A stretch of DNA of 35,155 nt from a virus (lineage: Duplodnaviria > Caudoviricetes): the IMG/VR virus record IMGVR_UViG_3300011339_000762, positions 1 to 35,155 of that record; one strand, given 5' to 3'. Shown piece by piece: positions 24,829 through 34,893 of this stretch (positions within the stretch are counted from its first letter, which is position 1; every line of letters starts with the position of its first letter). The notes below the pieces were generated by a model. That model made no database searches, was not told where the DNA came from, and saw nothing but the letters and a program-made list of their open reading frames with translations. The translations under genes and the position numbers were made by a program.

Positions 24829-25454
24829 TTGACATCAAGATTGAAGGCATCAAATACCAACTGCCGAAACTGAGCGAAATCAATATCAATCGATTGATCG
24901 AGTATCTTGAGTTCCTTGATGACAACGAACCTGGTGAGGATGCACAGCCAAAGGAATGGTTAATGTTCTATGCCAAGTACATTGCTTTTTGGACTGGTGC
25001 CGATGAGAAGCTTGTACGCAGATGTAAGGTTGAAGACATTGCAGGAGTTTTCGGTGTACATCAGAAATATTTATCACCAAGTGAAAATACTACATTTAAT
25101 TGCTTTGAATTGTTGGGAGAAATATATTATCTTCCGCAGCGATTTATGCAAGAGAGTACAATTGAGGACTTTGCAGAGGCGAGTGAGTATGAGAAGCAGT
25201 TAGCTGATGTTCTGAATGGCCAGTACAAAGTATTGCCAAAAGTAGCAGCGGTTATCTGCCGAAAGGAGGGTGAGAGTTTTGACGATTACAAGGTTGAAGA
25301 GCGAGCGGAGTTATTTGAAAGTAAGATGAATGCCGATGACTTGTTCCAGGTAGGTTTTTTTTTGCAGAGACAAAGCGAGAAATTGCAGAAAGATTTGCAA
25401 ATCTATACAACGAGCCAGACGCTCGCAGCCTTAAAGCAGGAGTTAAAGACTTAA
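24825..25454 (+). CDS. Tail assembly chaperone-like protein (gpG analogue)
   Basis: Acidic helical protein, ERAELF...VGFF ending at slippery GGT TTT TTT. Confidence 0.65.
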   Translation: MIDIKIEGIKYQLPKLSEININRLIEYLEFLDDNEPGEDAQPKEWLMFYAKYIAFWTGADEKLVRRCKVEDIAGVFGVHQKYLSPSENTTFNCFELLGEIYYLPQRFMQESTIEDFAEASEYEKQLADVLNGQYKVLPKVAAVICRKEGESFDDYKVEERAELFESKMNADDLFQVGFFLQRQSEKLQKDLQIYTTSQTLAALKQELKT

Positions 25455-25612
25455 TTGAACCTTACGGATGGTTTGCGACATTTGTAACCTTGGCAGGTGG
25501 AGATATCCTGAAGATAAAAGAAGCTGCAAAGCTACCGTTATACACAGCGTTCTCCTTTCTGAGTCTTAAATCTGCGCAGAATGAATATGAATCAAATATG
25601 ATGAAACAATGA
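25361..25612 (+). CDS. -1 frameshift extension of 24825 gene (gpGT analogue, ~262 aa fusion), not in ORF track
   Basis: -1 frame open for 83 codons from the T9 run to TGA overlapping ATG 25609; YGWFATFVTLAGGDILKIKEAAKLPLYTAFSFL. Confidence 0.75.
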   Translation, partial: FAETKREIAERFANLYNEPDARSLKAGVKDLIEPYGWFATFVTLAGGDILKIKEAAKLPLYTAFSFLSLKSAQNEYESNMMKQ

Positions 25613-26448
25613 CAATAACACAACTATCCAACTTATTCAATCTGATTGTTCAGAACGATGCTGATTACCGTTTCTATCATTACGGATTTCCATCGGATAT
25701 GAATATCAACATAGGTAACAACTACGATCCGTTATCTGATACAGGTCGTTTATTTCCGTATGTGTTATTGTTGCCTCCGATTTTAAACAGTCGGGCGATG
25801 GAGAACAACACAGCTGCGATTTATGATACTTACCAGGTTGAGTTTCTGATTACAGATACCTATGCCTACGAGCAAGGAGTGCTGACCTACAAGATTGACA
25901 CAACGATTGAGTTGGAGCAGACCTTGCAGATACTTGCAAAGAAGCTGATTCAGTATTTGTTGGACTATTCTGCTGTATCAAATCCACCTTTCAATGTTGG
26001 TGATTATCGCATTGAATTTGACCCATACCGATTCACGGCTGATACTCGCAGCATCAGGGTAACATTGGACTTGGTTGTTCCTGCTATTTGCGATGACCAG
26101 AGTTTAGACATATCATTTTTACCTGTTGACATAGAAAATATTGCCACAGCTGATGAAGAGAATCAACAAGCTAATGAAGTTGCACCAGTTAATGTAGTCG
26201 CACCAGTTGCATCAGGTAATAATATAGTAGGTCAAACGCTATCAGTAACGAATGGAACGTGGGCTGGAACTTTACCAATTACGTATTCTTATCAATGGAA
26301 AAGAGATTTTATTGATATTTTAGGTGCAACAAATTCTACATACACAACAGTTTTAGCTGATTCAGGAGAAAAAATAAGATGTATAGTAACAGCTACAAAC
26401 ATAGTAGGCTCAGCAAGTGCATCAAGCAATAGTATTATAATTGTATAA
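25609..26448 (+). CDS. Tail terminator/neck-like protein with C-terminal Ig-like domain
   Basis: FPYVLL, IEFDPYRF core; APVASG...VGQTLSVTNGTW...YSYQWKR...IRCIVTATN Ig-like motif. Confidence 0.6.
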   Translation: MTITQLSNLFNLIVQNDADYRFYHYGFPSDMNINIGNNYDPLSDTGRLFPYVLLLPPILNSRAMENNTAAIYDTYQVEFLITDTYAYEQGVLTYKIDTTIELEQTLQILAKKLIQYLLDYSAVSNPPFNVGDYRIEFDPYRFTADTRSIRVTLDLVVPAICDDQSLDISFLPVDIENIATADEENQQANEVAPVNVVAPVASGNNIVGQTLSVTNGTWAGTLPITYSYQWKRDFIDILGATNSTYTTVLADSGEKIRCIVTATNIVGSASASSNSIIIV

Positions 26449-26482
26449 ATGAAACCTAAACAACGAACTTGCCCACAGATAT

Positions 26483-26980
26483 ATGGAAGCCAACGAACTA
26501 CTGAACAATCTTGCGGAACTACTCAAAGAAGAGATGAGGCAGCAGTTAAAAATTGCGAACCATATTATGACAGGAGATTTGGTCGAAAGCATCGAAAGCC
26601 GAATACTGAGTACGATCGAAGGAAGAAAGATTGAGATTTGGTTGAATAGCTATGGCATAGCGTTGGACCAGGGCGTTCCTCCTGATAGGATTCCATTTAC
26701 AGAGCCATCGGGAAGAGGTGGAAGAAGTAAGTACATTGAAGGGTTGCAGAGATTTGCGCAGTTAAAGTTAGGTGTTACGGATAACAGAAAGAGTTTAGGC
26801 ATAGCGTTTGCGATTGCCCGAAAGCATAAGAAAGTCGGCATGCCAGTTAAAGGCCCGACACATTTTATTCAGAAGACATTGGATGCCACAGAGGATGACA
26901 TAATAAGATTTGCAGAGGATTGGTCGGAGGCAATATTCCAAGCGAAAATTGATAGCATAATTGAAAACATAAGAGCATGA
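26483..26980 (+). CDS. Tail completion/neck protein (HK97 gp10-like)
   Basis: TGDLVESI, YGIALDQG, IAFAIARK...G..PTHFI. Confidence 0.7.
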   Translation: MEANELLNNLAELLKEEMRQQLKIANHIMTGDLVESIESRILSTIEGRKIEIWLNSYGIALDQGVPPDRIPFTEPSGRGGRSKYIEGLQRFAQLKLGVTDNRKSLGIAFAIARKHKKVGMPVKGPTHFIQKTLDATEDDIIRFAEDWSEAIFQAKIDSIIENIRA

Positions 26981-27264
26981 CAGAGAAAAGATTTTTACTA
27001 ACACTCCTGAGCAGCGCAGACAGCGAGTTATTGACAAACGATTACCAAGATGCCATTGATTTGCAAGGTGGTGATCAAGTTGCATTCTCCTTGGCTGTTG
27101 CTGCCTATGTGAGTTTTATCGTACCCGCATCACTTGTATCTGCTTACAATGCAGCGAATCAAGCGAAGAAAGAGAAGATGGCTGAAATTTGTCAGCTGAC
27201 ATTTGCGAGTGGTCAGGACTTTGACACTTATTACACTACGCTTTACAATGAAATATATCCGTAA
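26977..27264 (+). CDS. Hypothetical structural-module protein
   Basis: Coupled on both sides. Confidence 0.75.
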   Translation: MTEKRFLLTLLSSADSELLTNDYQDAIDLQGGDQVAFSLAVAAYVSFIVPASLVSAYNAANQAKKEKMAEICQLTFASGQDFDTYYTTLYNEIYP

Positions 27265-28511
27265 TGGCAGTCATAACATCACCGACTTATAATCCGACAT
27301 CAGCATATAGGCCAGTAGTTTGGCAAGTGATGTACACTACCTTTCCGCCTGATGTGATTACCAACTGCAAGTTCACGATTACAACTGCAGGTGGTACGAT
27401 TATCATTGCTGAGGGTAGAGTAGCACCATACCAGGCAGTTCCGAGTTTAACTCCGCCTGCATTGGAATATTACTTTTATGTCGATGTGCAGCAGTACATA
27501 CAAAGATACTTGACAAAGAGAAGCAGACGTTCTATGTTTGGTGATTTGAATGCCGATACCAGGGTAAATAATACTGATAGCTTTTTGGAGTTTGAGGTAT
27601 CATTCAAGTACGAGTACAGAAACAACGCCACAGGAAAGATTGAGGTTTATCCTGCAACTGATTACAGCGGATTGCAGTATGCCTGTATCACCACAAGACA
27701 GAATGGTGAGGATATGAGCCTGGATGATTTTATTGGTGTGCCATTGGTTACAACTGCAAAGAGATTTTTAACCAATAGTCCGACAAGCAGAAAAATACAG
27801 CAAGACGAAAATATATTCCTTTCGTTTTTGGGACAATGGAATCAGATTAGGATTGAAACCTTTGACAGCACAGGTACGCTGATAAATACAACATATCTTG
27901 CAACATTGGGTGGACTGCCCGATGAGATGCACACCATTGGAGTAGGAAAGCCACAGTTACAGGTAATACCTGCTGCAACATATTTTGCTTCTGTTGCTCC
28001 TGACTTTACTGGTGCAGCATCTTACACGATTACAGCTGGCTTAGGTGTTCCGCTTTTTTCAGGGATGTTATTCTTTATCAACTCTGATGTGCATACCTAT
28101 ACCTTTGACGATTTATGTCCGAAGCAGTTGAGCTTGTATTGGTTAAATTCCTTAGGTGGTGTAGATAACTACGATTTCACGTTCACCGAACTTGCTATTG
28201 GTGTCACATCGGAGTTATTTCAAAAGCCATTGAACTGGCCACATACGCAGGATGATTACGGTAGAGCGAGAACGAACATCACAGCGAGCAAAGCATATCG
28301 ATGCATTAAGCTTGTAACCAATGTCGAGATGGCTTGGTTAAAAGATTTGTTCTACTCGGTTGAGGTGTACGTTGTGAATCCGAATGATAGCAGCGAATAT
28401 TGGAGATGTTGGATATCTGACCAGGATATTATTGAGAAAAAGAATCCTGGATTGTTTACGATTGAGTTTACATTGAACCTATCACAAGATATAATCACCC
28501 ACAGAATATGA
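27264..28511 (+). CDS. Tail structural protein (distal-tail-like)
   Basis: C-terminal YWLNSLGGVDNYDF...WLKDLFYSVEVY pattern. Confidence 0.65.
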   Translation: MAVITSPTYNPTSAYRPVVWQVMYTTFPPDVITNCKFTITTAGGTIIIAEGRVAPYQAVPSLTPPALEYYFYVDVQQYIQRYLTKRSRRSMFGDLNADTRVNNTDSFLEFEVSFKYEYRNNATGKIEVYPATDYSGLQYACITTRQNGEDMSLDDFIGVPLVTTAKRFLTNSPTSRKIQQDENIFLSFLGQWNQIRIETFDSTGTLINTTYLATLGGLPDEMHTIGVGKPQLQVIPAATYFASVAPDFTGAASYTITAGLGVPLFSGMLFFINSDVHTYTFDDLCPKQLSLYWLNSLGGVDNYDFTFTELAIGVTSELFQKPLNWPHTQDDYGRARTNITASKAYRCIKLVTNVEMAWLKDLFYSVEVYVVNPNDSSEYWRCWISDQDIIEKKNPGLFTIEFTLNLSQDIITHRI

Positions 28512-28834
28512 CATTGGATTACGCAGCATACAGTAAACTTGAAGACACTATTTGGACATCGACAAATGGTAGTGCTTATGGCAATGAAATTACTTTGAAT
28601 TTTAGCGAGATTATTACTTTCGGAGCTGTAACTTTGTACAAAGATTACAAGTTGATTGCTTGCGAGTACCAGGTGAAGCGAAGCAAGATGGTTGGATATC
28701 TGTATGTTCCTGAAAGTTTAATGACCAAGTTTATTTTTGGCAATACAGAAAAGCAAAACAGCAGCTTCGATATTACTGATGGTAAGCTGACAATTTATTC
28801 CAAGGATCCTGATGTTTATATGAGCTATGTATAG
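28508..28834 (+). CDS. Hypothetical protein
   Basis: Overlaps both neighbours. Confidence 0.7.
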   Translation: MTLDYAAYSKLEDTIWTSTNGSAYGNEITLNFSEIITFGAVTLYKDYKLIACEYQVKRSKMVGYLYVPESLMTKFIFGNTEKQNSSFDITDGKLTIYSKDPDVYMSYV

Positions 28835-30962
28835 GAGATTAACAATTGATGGAACGGTAGTGGATTTGCCACAGAGCGGATTGACTTATTCACTTGTTTA
28901 TGAGGTGGATGAGGAAGGATTTGTATCGGGTGCATATTCGAAGCGAGGGATTGAGCTACCAAGCACAGGGGTAAATGATGCCTTGTTCAATGACTGGTAC
29001 GCAGCAGGAACAGCAAATGAAACAACAGCTGCAACATTGAAGCCATTTGTTTTCGAGGATGGTGGTGTTCAGATTCTTTCAGGGCAAGCTTCTTTACAAT
29101 CGGGAGTGCTGATGTCAGACCGTTACAGATTCAAGGGCAGAAACTACAAGATTGAGCTTTACGGTACGAATGCTGATTGGACTATCAGAATGAAAGATAT
29201 CAGAATCCGTGATTTAGATTTTCCTTCGATTGTTTACGATACGGCAGCAGTCATAGCAGGTTGGGGTAGTACTTACGATTCAGGTGATTATCATGGTTTC
29301 ACGCTGATTAAATGGAAGGAATGGAACAATGCAGGTCAAGTTGGCATTGATGAGTTTACTCCGTTTCTGTTCATCCGTTCAATATTGCAGAAGGCATTTG
29401 ATACGATTGGTTACACTATCTCAAGTCAGTTCTTAAACAGCGATGTTTTTAAAAGGCTAATATTGCCATTACCGATGCCTGAAAGATATCCTGAAGAGTT
29501 TAGTGCGGACTATATCAATGTCAGTTTAGAAGAACCTGGAACGACAACTGGAAGCACAGGTGTGACCTATGTATTTCCGAACTATTCACAGCCGAACTTA
29601 GCAACACCGTACAATACTGGAACTGGATATTATGTTGTGCCCTTTACAGGTTACTATCAGATATCTGTATCGGCAAATGTAACAAGTGCATCTGGAACTT
29701 GGAATGCTCAGATAGGTGCTTGTATAAATGGAGCTCCTATTTATTTCAATAACCAAGCAATATTTTTTGGAAGTATTATTAGTCCTGTATCAGGTAATCT
29801 TTCTGCTAACTTAATCTATCTTGTTGGGTATTTTACTGCAGGAGATACAATAAGTTTGCTGCATAACTTTGGTGGTACTGACCCGACCAATGTTTATGCC
29901 TTCTCGATGAACATCGTTGGCGAGGCTGAATTTGCTTTCGGTTCGATACTGGCATTCAAATATCTTGTAAAGGATTGGAAGGTAGTAGATATGATTAAGG
30001 GATTGCAACATATGTTCAATCTTAGATTTGAAGCAAACCCACAAGCACAGCAAATAGTTATTGAACCTGCTGACCCATATCTTTACAGGCAAGATAATGC
30101 TCCGACAAGCATACCATTGGAGTTGAGGGATGGCTTTTACGCTATTCCGACAATAGATTCTACACAAGGATTGGATTTAGAACTTGGTGCCGAGTTGTTT
30201 AACGTGAACGATGTACCAAAAACAACAATATTTGAATACATAACAGATGGAGAAACGGAATCGCAGAGGGAACTTAACGAACCGATTAAGATATTTGGTT
30301 CACAATATGTACTTCCACAGGATAGATTCAACGAAGTTATTGAGCAGAGGGAAAATCCGTTCTTTGCAAAGACGATACATACCAATGATTCATCAATCCA
30401 AGGAACAACAGCCTTAGGATCGTTGCAGATTCCGCTGATTTACCCACAAAATTATCAGTTAGACCCGACAGCAACTGAAATAAATGCAGACATACAGCCA
30501 AGGATATTGTATTTTGTAGGATTCAGAGGACTACCATCGGATTCAAACGTAAAATATGACTTTACAGGTGGTGTTGAACTTGCTCCTCCGCTAAGTTTTA
30601 TGGTAAAATATAATAATCCCTTAGATTTTAGCCTTAGTTTTGCGAATGAATATTACTTAGGGCAGAAAGCAGTAGGTTTGTTCGAAGCATTTTGGATGCA
30701 GGAGTATGCCAGGAAGCGCATCGGGAAGAGATTGGAGGCATATTACTTTTGGGATTTGTTAAGCATCAATGCTTTGTCCTTCCGAAACAAGATGCTGATT
30801 GATGGATTGGAGTGGGTACTGCAAAAGATTGATGGTTACAGCGCACAATCTGACAGCAGCACAAAGACTTGGTTGATATTGGAACAAGGCCCAACAGATG
30901 ATGATGTATTATCGACAACATTTAGTAACATAATAGGAATTGTAAACCCATTAGGAGCATGA
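28827..30962 (+). CDS. Tail tip / baseplate hub-like protein
   Basis: 711 aa; YSK..ELPST..N..LF N-terminus, DMIKGLQHMFNL..IVIEP, internal beta-sandwich insert. Confidence 0.65.
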   Translation: MYRRLTIDGTVVDLPQSGLTYSLVYEVDEEGFVSGAYSKRGIELPSTGVNDALFNDWYAAGTANETTAATLKPFVFEDGGVQILSGQASLQSGVLMSDRYRFKGRNYKIELYGTNADWTIRMKDIRIRDLDFPSIVYDTAAVIAGWGSTYDSGDYHGFTLIKWKEWNNAGQVGIDEFTPFLFIRSILQKAFDTIGYTISSQFLNSDVFKRLILPLPMPERYPEEFSADYINVSLEEPGTTTGSTGVTYVFPNYSQPNLATPYNTGTGYYVVPFTGYYQISVSANVTSASGTWNAQIGACINGAPIYFNNQAIFFGSIISPVSGNLSANLIYLVGYFTAGDTISLLHNFGGTDPTNVYAFSMNIVGEAEFAFGSILAFKYLVKDWKVVDMIKGLQHMFNLRFEANPQAQQIVIEPADPYLYRQDNAPTSIPLELRDGFYAIPTIDSTQGLDLELGAELFNVNDVPKTTIFEYITDGETESQRELNEPIKIFGSQYVLPQDRFNEVIEQRENPFFAKTIHTNDSSIQGTTALGSLQIPLIYPQNYQLDPTATEINADIQPRILYFVGFRGLPSDSNVKYDFTGGVELAPPLSFMVKYNNPLDFSLSFANEYYLGQKAVGLFEAFWMQEYARKRIGKRLEAYYFWDLLSINALSFRNKMLIDGLEWVLQKIDGYSAQSDSSTKTWLILEQGPTDDDVLSTTFSNIIGIVNPLGA

Positions 30963-31585
30963 TAAACTTTCAAAAAATACTTAAAGACCGAGGATATTAC
31001 CAGGGTGCTATCGATGGCATTGTCGGGCCGCTTACACTTGCAGCAACAAAGGCTTGGATAGATGCCGAGATGAATATCAGAGGTTGGGTAAAACCAGTTA
31101 ACGATCTCGTATGGATTAGAACAGACCAAAGCTTCGACAACAAGTTTTCGGACTATGTTGTCAGATTCAACAACAGAATTGCCGACATGATTATGCCATG
31201 TTCAACTACTCCTGGTGATTACATCGTATTCAATCCGCTCACGGTTGGTGGTATAACTGGAAGTGCAGTTGCCTGCGAACAGCAAGTAATAGCAAGTCAT
31301 AAGTTCGTAACTGCTCCTGATTGGAAACATCTGTGGCTGAATGCACCATACTTTTTCCAGGCAGGTGCAATTGATATTTGGAGGGATAACACTAAGGACA
31401 GAAAGCTCGACAAAACGGTTAAGACTCGTGGTTGGTATGGAATAAACTTTCATAGAGGTGGCATAGGTCATGCAGTAGATACCTGGTCAGCAGGATGTCT
31501 TGTTGTTCCCGATGTTAGATGGTTTGAGGCAATAAAGATTTTCCAAAATAACCAATTGATTAACTTTACACTAATAGAACTATAA
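30959..31585 (+). CDS. Endolysin-like: PG-binding domain plus YkuD/L,D-transpeptidase-like His...Cys domain
   Basis: QKILKDRGYYQGAIDGIVGPLT (PG_binding_1); TTPG, GINFHR...WSAGCLV. Confidence 0.75.
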   Translation: MINFQKILKDRGYYQGAIDGIVGPLTLAATKAWIDAEMNIRGWVKPVNDLVWIRTDQSFDNKFSDYVVRFNNRIADMIMPCSTTPGDYIVFNPLTVGGITGSAVACEQQVIASHKFVTAPDWKHLWLNAPYFFQAGAIDIWRDNTKDRKLDKTVKTRGWYGINFHRGGIGHAVDTWSAGCLVVPDVRWFEAIKIFQNNQLINFTLIEL

Positions 31586-34500
31586 TGGCAAAACAAATAG
31601 TACTAAGCATTGAGATTGATGGCTTATCGGACATAACAAAACAAGTTGTCGGTCTTGAGCAGCAGCTTGAAAGTCTGAATGCAGAATTAAAAAATACTGA
31701 GAAGGGCAGCGATGAATACATCAAGCTTCGCAATGCAGTTGCAGTAACCAAGGAAGAACTGAGCAAAGCAAAGAAGGAGCAGAAGGATTTTGTTAAGTCT
31801 GCTGAAGCGACAAAGCAAGCAGAAGGAAGTTACTATCAGTTGAACCAACAGCTTGTTGACCTTCGAAAGGCTTATAAAAATCTGTCAGCTGCTGAGCGTG
31901 ATTCTGCCAAAGGTCAGGAAATGAAAATGAAGATTCAGGAACTTGATACTGAACTTAAAAAGATTGATGGGCAGATTGGGCAGTTCCAAAGAAATGTCGG
32001 TAACTATCCGAAGACCTTTGCGCTGATAAACCGTTCACTAATGCGGACCATACCAGGGTTCGAAGCATTCTCCGAACAGCTAAGGGATAGTGAAGGTAGA
32101 ATGAATCTTTTCGGTAAGGCTTTAATCGGTGGTTTTGTAGCATTTCAAGCAGCAAAGTTTATCGGTCAAGCCATTAAGAGACTCGATGAGTTCATAACTA
32201 AGATTGAAGAAACAAAAACAACTGTTGCAGAGTTTTCGGGTGCTTATGGTGCAGACCTTGATAGTATCACGGCCAGTACAACAGCACTTGCTGAGACATT
32301 TGATGTAGATGCAAAGACGATATCTGAAGCAGCTGCAAAGTTAAGCAGTCAGTTAGGTATTGGATTTGAGGAAGCACTTGATAAACTTGGCGGTGTATTG
32401 GTTGAAGGTGGTATGGATGCCAATGAATACTTGAATACTATTTCGGAATATCCTTCAAGTTTTAAAGATGCTACTGGTGCAGTTACTGACTTTTCGGAGA
32501 AGAACAAAAACTTACTTGCAACAAATAAAGAACTTGCAGCAAGCCAGGTTGAAGTTGCCAATAAACTTTCGGGCGTAAGGGATACGTTTAAAACAACAGG
32601 TAAGCAGATTGAAACAGGATTGTTCCTGGTGTTGGCAAAGCTGATTGAAATCTTCAGACCAGTTGGCCAGGCGTTTTATAGCTTAGGTCAAGCGTTTGCT
32701 CCACTAATAAAATTATTTAAGTTTGGCGGTGAAGAATCATCTTCTTTTACAAAAATAATTGAGGTGCTTTTGTTCCCGATTCAAATGCTCGCTAATCAGT
32801 TAGTAATTATTGCTGATGGAATTTCATGGATGATTAAGGGATTTGTTGACTTTATAAATCAGTCACCATTTTTAAAATCAATATTTGAAACAATAGGAAA
32901 CTTAATCGGACGAGTTTATGATGGATTGATAAACTTACCATCTGTCTTTTCAGGTGTTGTCGCTGCATTGAAACAACTCGGTACTAACTTTGTAAACTTT
33001 TTCCAAACATTGTACCTTGATGCTCAGATTGCAGCAAAAAGGATTCAAGGAGCATTCGGTGCCAATGTTCAAGCTGCCATTGATGATTTGAGAAAACAGC
33101 GTGATGCGGTGAATGCTGATAGCATGACCATGTTTGAAGCATTCAACAAGGCATACAATGAAAGCAAAAAGAAAGCTGATGAGCAGCGTGAGAAGGATGC
33201 CAAAGCAGCAGCAGCAAGAGTTAAGAAAGTTGATGTTGAAGCACAAAACGCACAACGCCAAGCAGCAGCAGAAGCAGCTAAAAAACTTGCTGAGGATCGT
33301 AAGAAATATGCTGAGGATGAAGAAAAACAAGCAAGAGCAAGAGCAGCGTTATTACTTGAACTGAATGTCAGACTCCAGGAAGAACTTGTTAAAAACATCA
33401 AGGACAACAGAGAACGTGAGTTGAAAGAACTTGAGTTAAGTACTCAGGCTCAACTTGATGCACTCAAAAAACAATACGATGAGTTAAAGCTCGCACAGCA
33501 AGAGCGTGAGAAAGAACTTGCAGCGACATTTGGCAAAGCATCTAAAGAACTTTTAAAAGCACAAGAGGAGAATGCAAAACAACTTGAGGAAGTCAAAAAA
33601 GTACAGGCACAGATTGAAGCTCAGATTGAGCAGAACAAGGTCAATAAGCAGAAGGAGATTAACGATACGTATCGCAAGGAAGAGATTGAGGATGCAGAAA
33701 AGAACATCGAGAAGCTGAAAGAACTGCGAGACAGACAGATGTTTGATGAACTCAGCTACATTGATGAGGTGAACAATATGCGTGAACTCGCAAACGAAGA
33801 AACGCTGAATAAACTCTTGATGAATGAGAAAGATGCCAAAAAACGTGAGGCATTGATTCGTATTGCTGAAGAAAAGAAACTACTCGCTGAGATTGAAAAA
33901 ATTAAAATACAGCAGCGTGCGGTTGACGATCAAGAAGCATTTTTGAAAGACCAGGCTGCCAAAGGTGTGCAGATTAAGCAAGAGGAGTTCGATGCAGTAA
34001 ACAAGGCAAGGCAGGAACTAAACACAAAACTTTCTAAGGCTGAGTTGGATTATAAGGACAAGGTTAAAAAGAATGGTGAAGAAATCAAAGATGAAAGGAT
34101 AAAGCAGCTTGAAGAAATTGCAAAATATATTCAACAAGGTCTTCAGTTTATTGACCAAATCTTATCTGTTATCAATGCCAGGGCAGAGAAGCAAGTTGAG
34201 GACCAGTTGAATCGCAGTAGTCAAAGGCAGGAGAAGCTGAATGAAGAACTTGAAAACGCCACAGGATTGCGCAAGCAGTTCCTTCAGCAGCAGTTGGATA
34301 ATGAGATTGAGAATGAAAAGAAACTTGCAGCAGAGCAGGAAAGAATACAGCTACAAGCTGCAAAGAGGTCTAAGGCATTGGCAATTATTCAGTCCATCAT
34401 CAACACAGCATTGGCAGTATCGACAGCATTCATTAAAGGTGGTCCAGTTGCTGCATTATTGGCAGGTGTTGCAGGTGCTGCTCAAACAGCTATAATTGCA

Positions 34501-34893
34501 GCACAGCCATTAGCGGATGGTGGTGCCGTTACTCCTGTTGCCTTACCTGATAGTGGTGGCAAGGTTGTAGGTGTGCAGAACATACCACAGACAAGCAAAG
34601 GTGACAATGTATTAGTTGCTGCAAGGGTAGGAGAAACCTTCCTAAATGCCAAACAAACAAAGATGTTAAGACCAGTACTGAGTGCTGCGAGGATACCAGG
34701 CTTTGCTGATGGTGGTTTGCTTGGTGCGCCAAATGTCGGTGGCATAGGTAATAGCACACTAAGAGCGTTTAATGACCGTACTGCTGCAATAAGTGGTCAA
34801 GTAATGGATAGCAAAGTATATTTGGTAACAGATGAGCTGCACAGAGATACAAGAGAAGGTGAGCGCATCAGAAAAAAGGTAACGCTACGATGA
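31585..34893 (+). CDS. Tail tape measure protein
   Basis: 1102 aa helical/coiled-coil; GSYYQL...RNVGNY N-terminus, amphipathic repeats, IINTALAV...AQPLADGG and GFADGG C-terminus. Confidence 0.92.
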   Translation: MAKQIVLSIEIDGLSDITKQVVGLEQQLESLNAELKNTEKGSDEYIKLRNAVAVTKEELSKAKKEQKDFVKSAEATKQAEGSYYQLNQQLVDLRKAYKNLSAAERDSAKGQEMKMKIQELDTELKKIDGQIGQFQRNVGNYPKTFALINRSLMRTIPGFEAFSEQLRDSEGRMNLFGKALIGGFVAFQAAKFIGQAIKRLDEFITKIEETKTTVAEFSGAYGADLDSITASTTALAETFDVDAKTISEAAAKLSSQLGIGFEEALDKLGGVLVEGGMDANEYLNTISEYPSSFKDATGAVTDFSEKNKNLLATNKELAASQVEVANKLSGVRDTFKTTGKQIETGLFLVLAKLIEIFRPVGQAFYSLGQAFAPLIKLFKFGGEESSSFTKIIEVLLFPIQMLANQLVIIADGISWMIKGFVDFINQSPFLKSIFETIGNLIGRVYDGLINLPSVFSGVVAALKQLGTNFVNFFQTLYLDAQIAAKRIQGAFGANVQAAIDDLRKQRDAVNADSMTMFEAFNKAYNESKKKADEQREKDAKAAAARVKKVDVEAQNAQRQAAAEAAKKLAEDRKKYAEDEEKQARARAALLLELNVRLQEELVKNIKDNRERELKELELSTQAQLDALKKQYDELKLAQQEREKELAATFGKASKELLKAQEENAKQLEEVKKVQAQIEAQIEQNKVNKQKEINDTYRKEEIEDAEKNIEKLKELRDRQMFDELSYIDEVNNMRELANEETLNKLLMNEKDAKKREALIRIAEEKKLLAEIEKIKIQQRAVDDQEAFLKDQAAKGVQIKQEEFDAVNKARQELNTKLSKAELDYKDKVKKNGEEIKDERIKQLEEIAKYIQQGLQFIDQILSVINARAEKQVEDQLNRSSQRQEKLNEELENATGLRKQFLQQQLDNEIENEKKLAAEQERIQLQAAKRSKALAIIQSIINTALAVSTAFIKGGPVAALLAGVAGAAQTAIIAAQPLADGGAVTPVALPDSGGKVVGVQNIPQTSKGDNVLVAARVGETFLNAKQTKMLRPVLSAARIPGFADGGLLGAPNVGGIGNSTLRAFNDRTAAISGQVMDSKVYLVTDELHRDTREGERIRKKVTLR

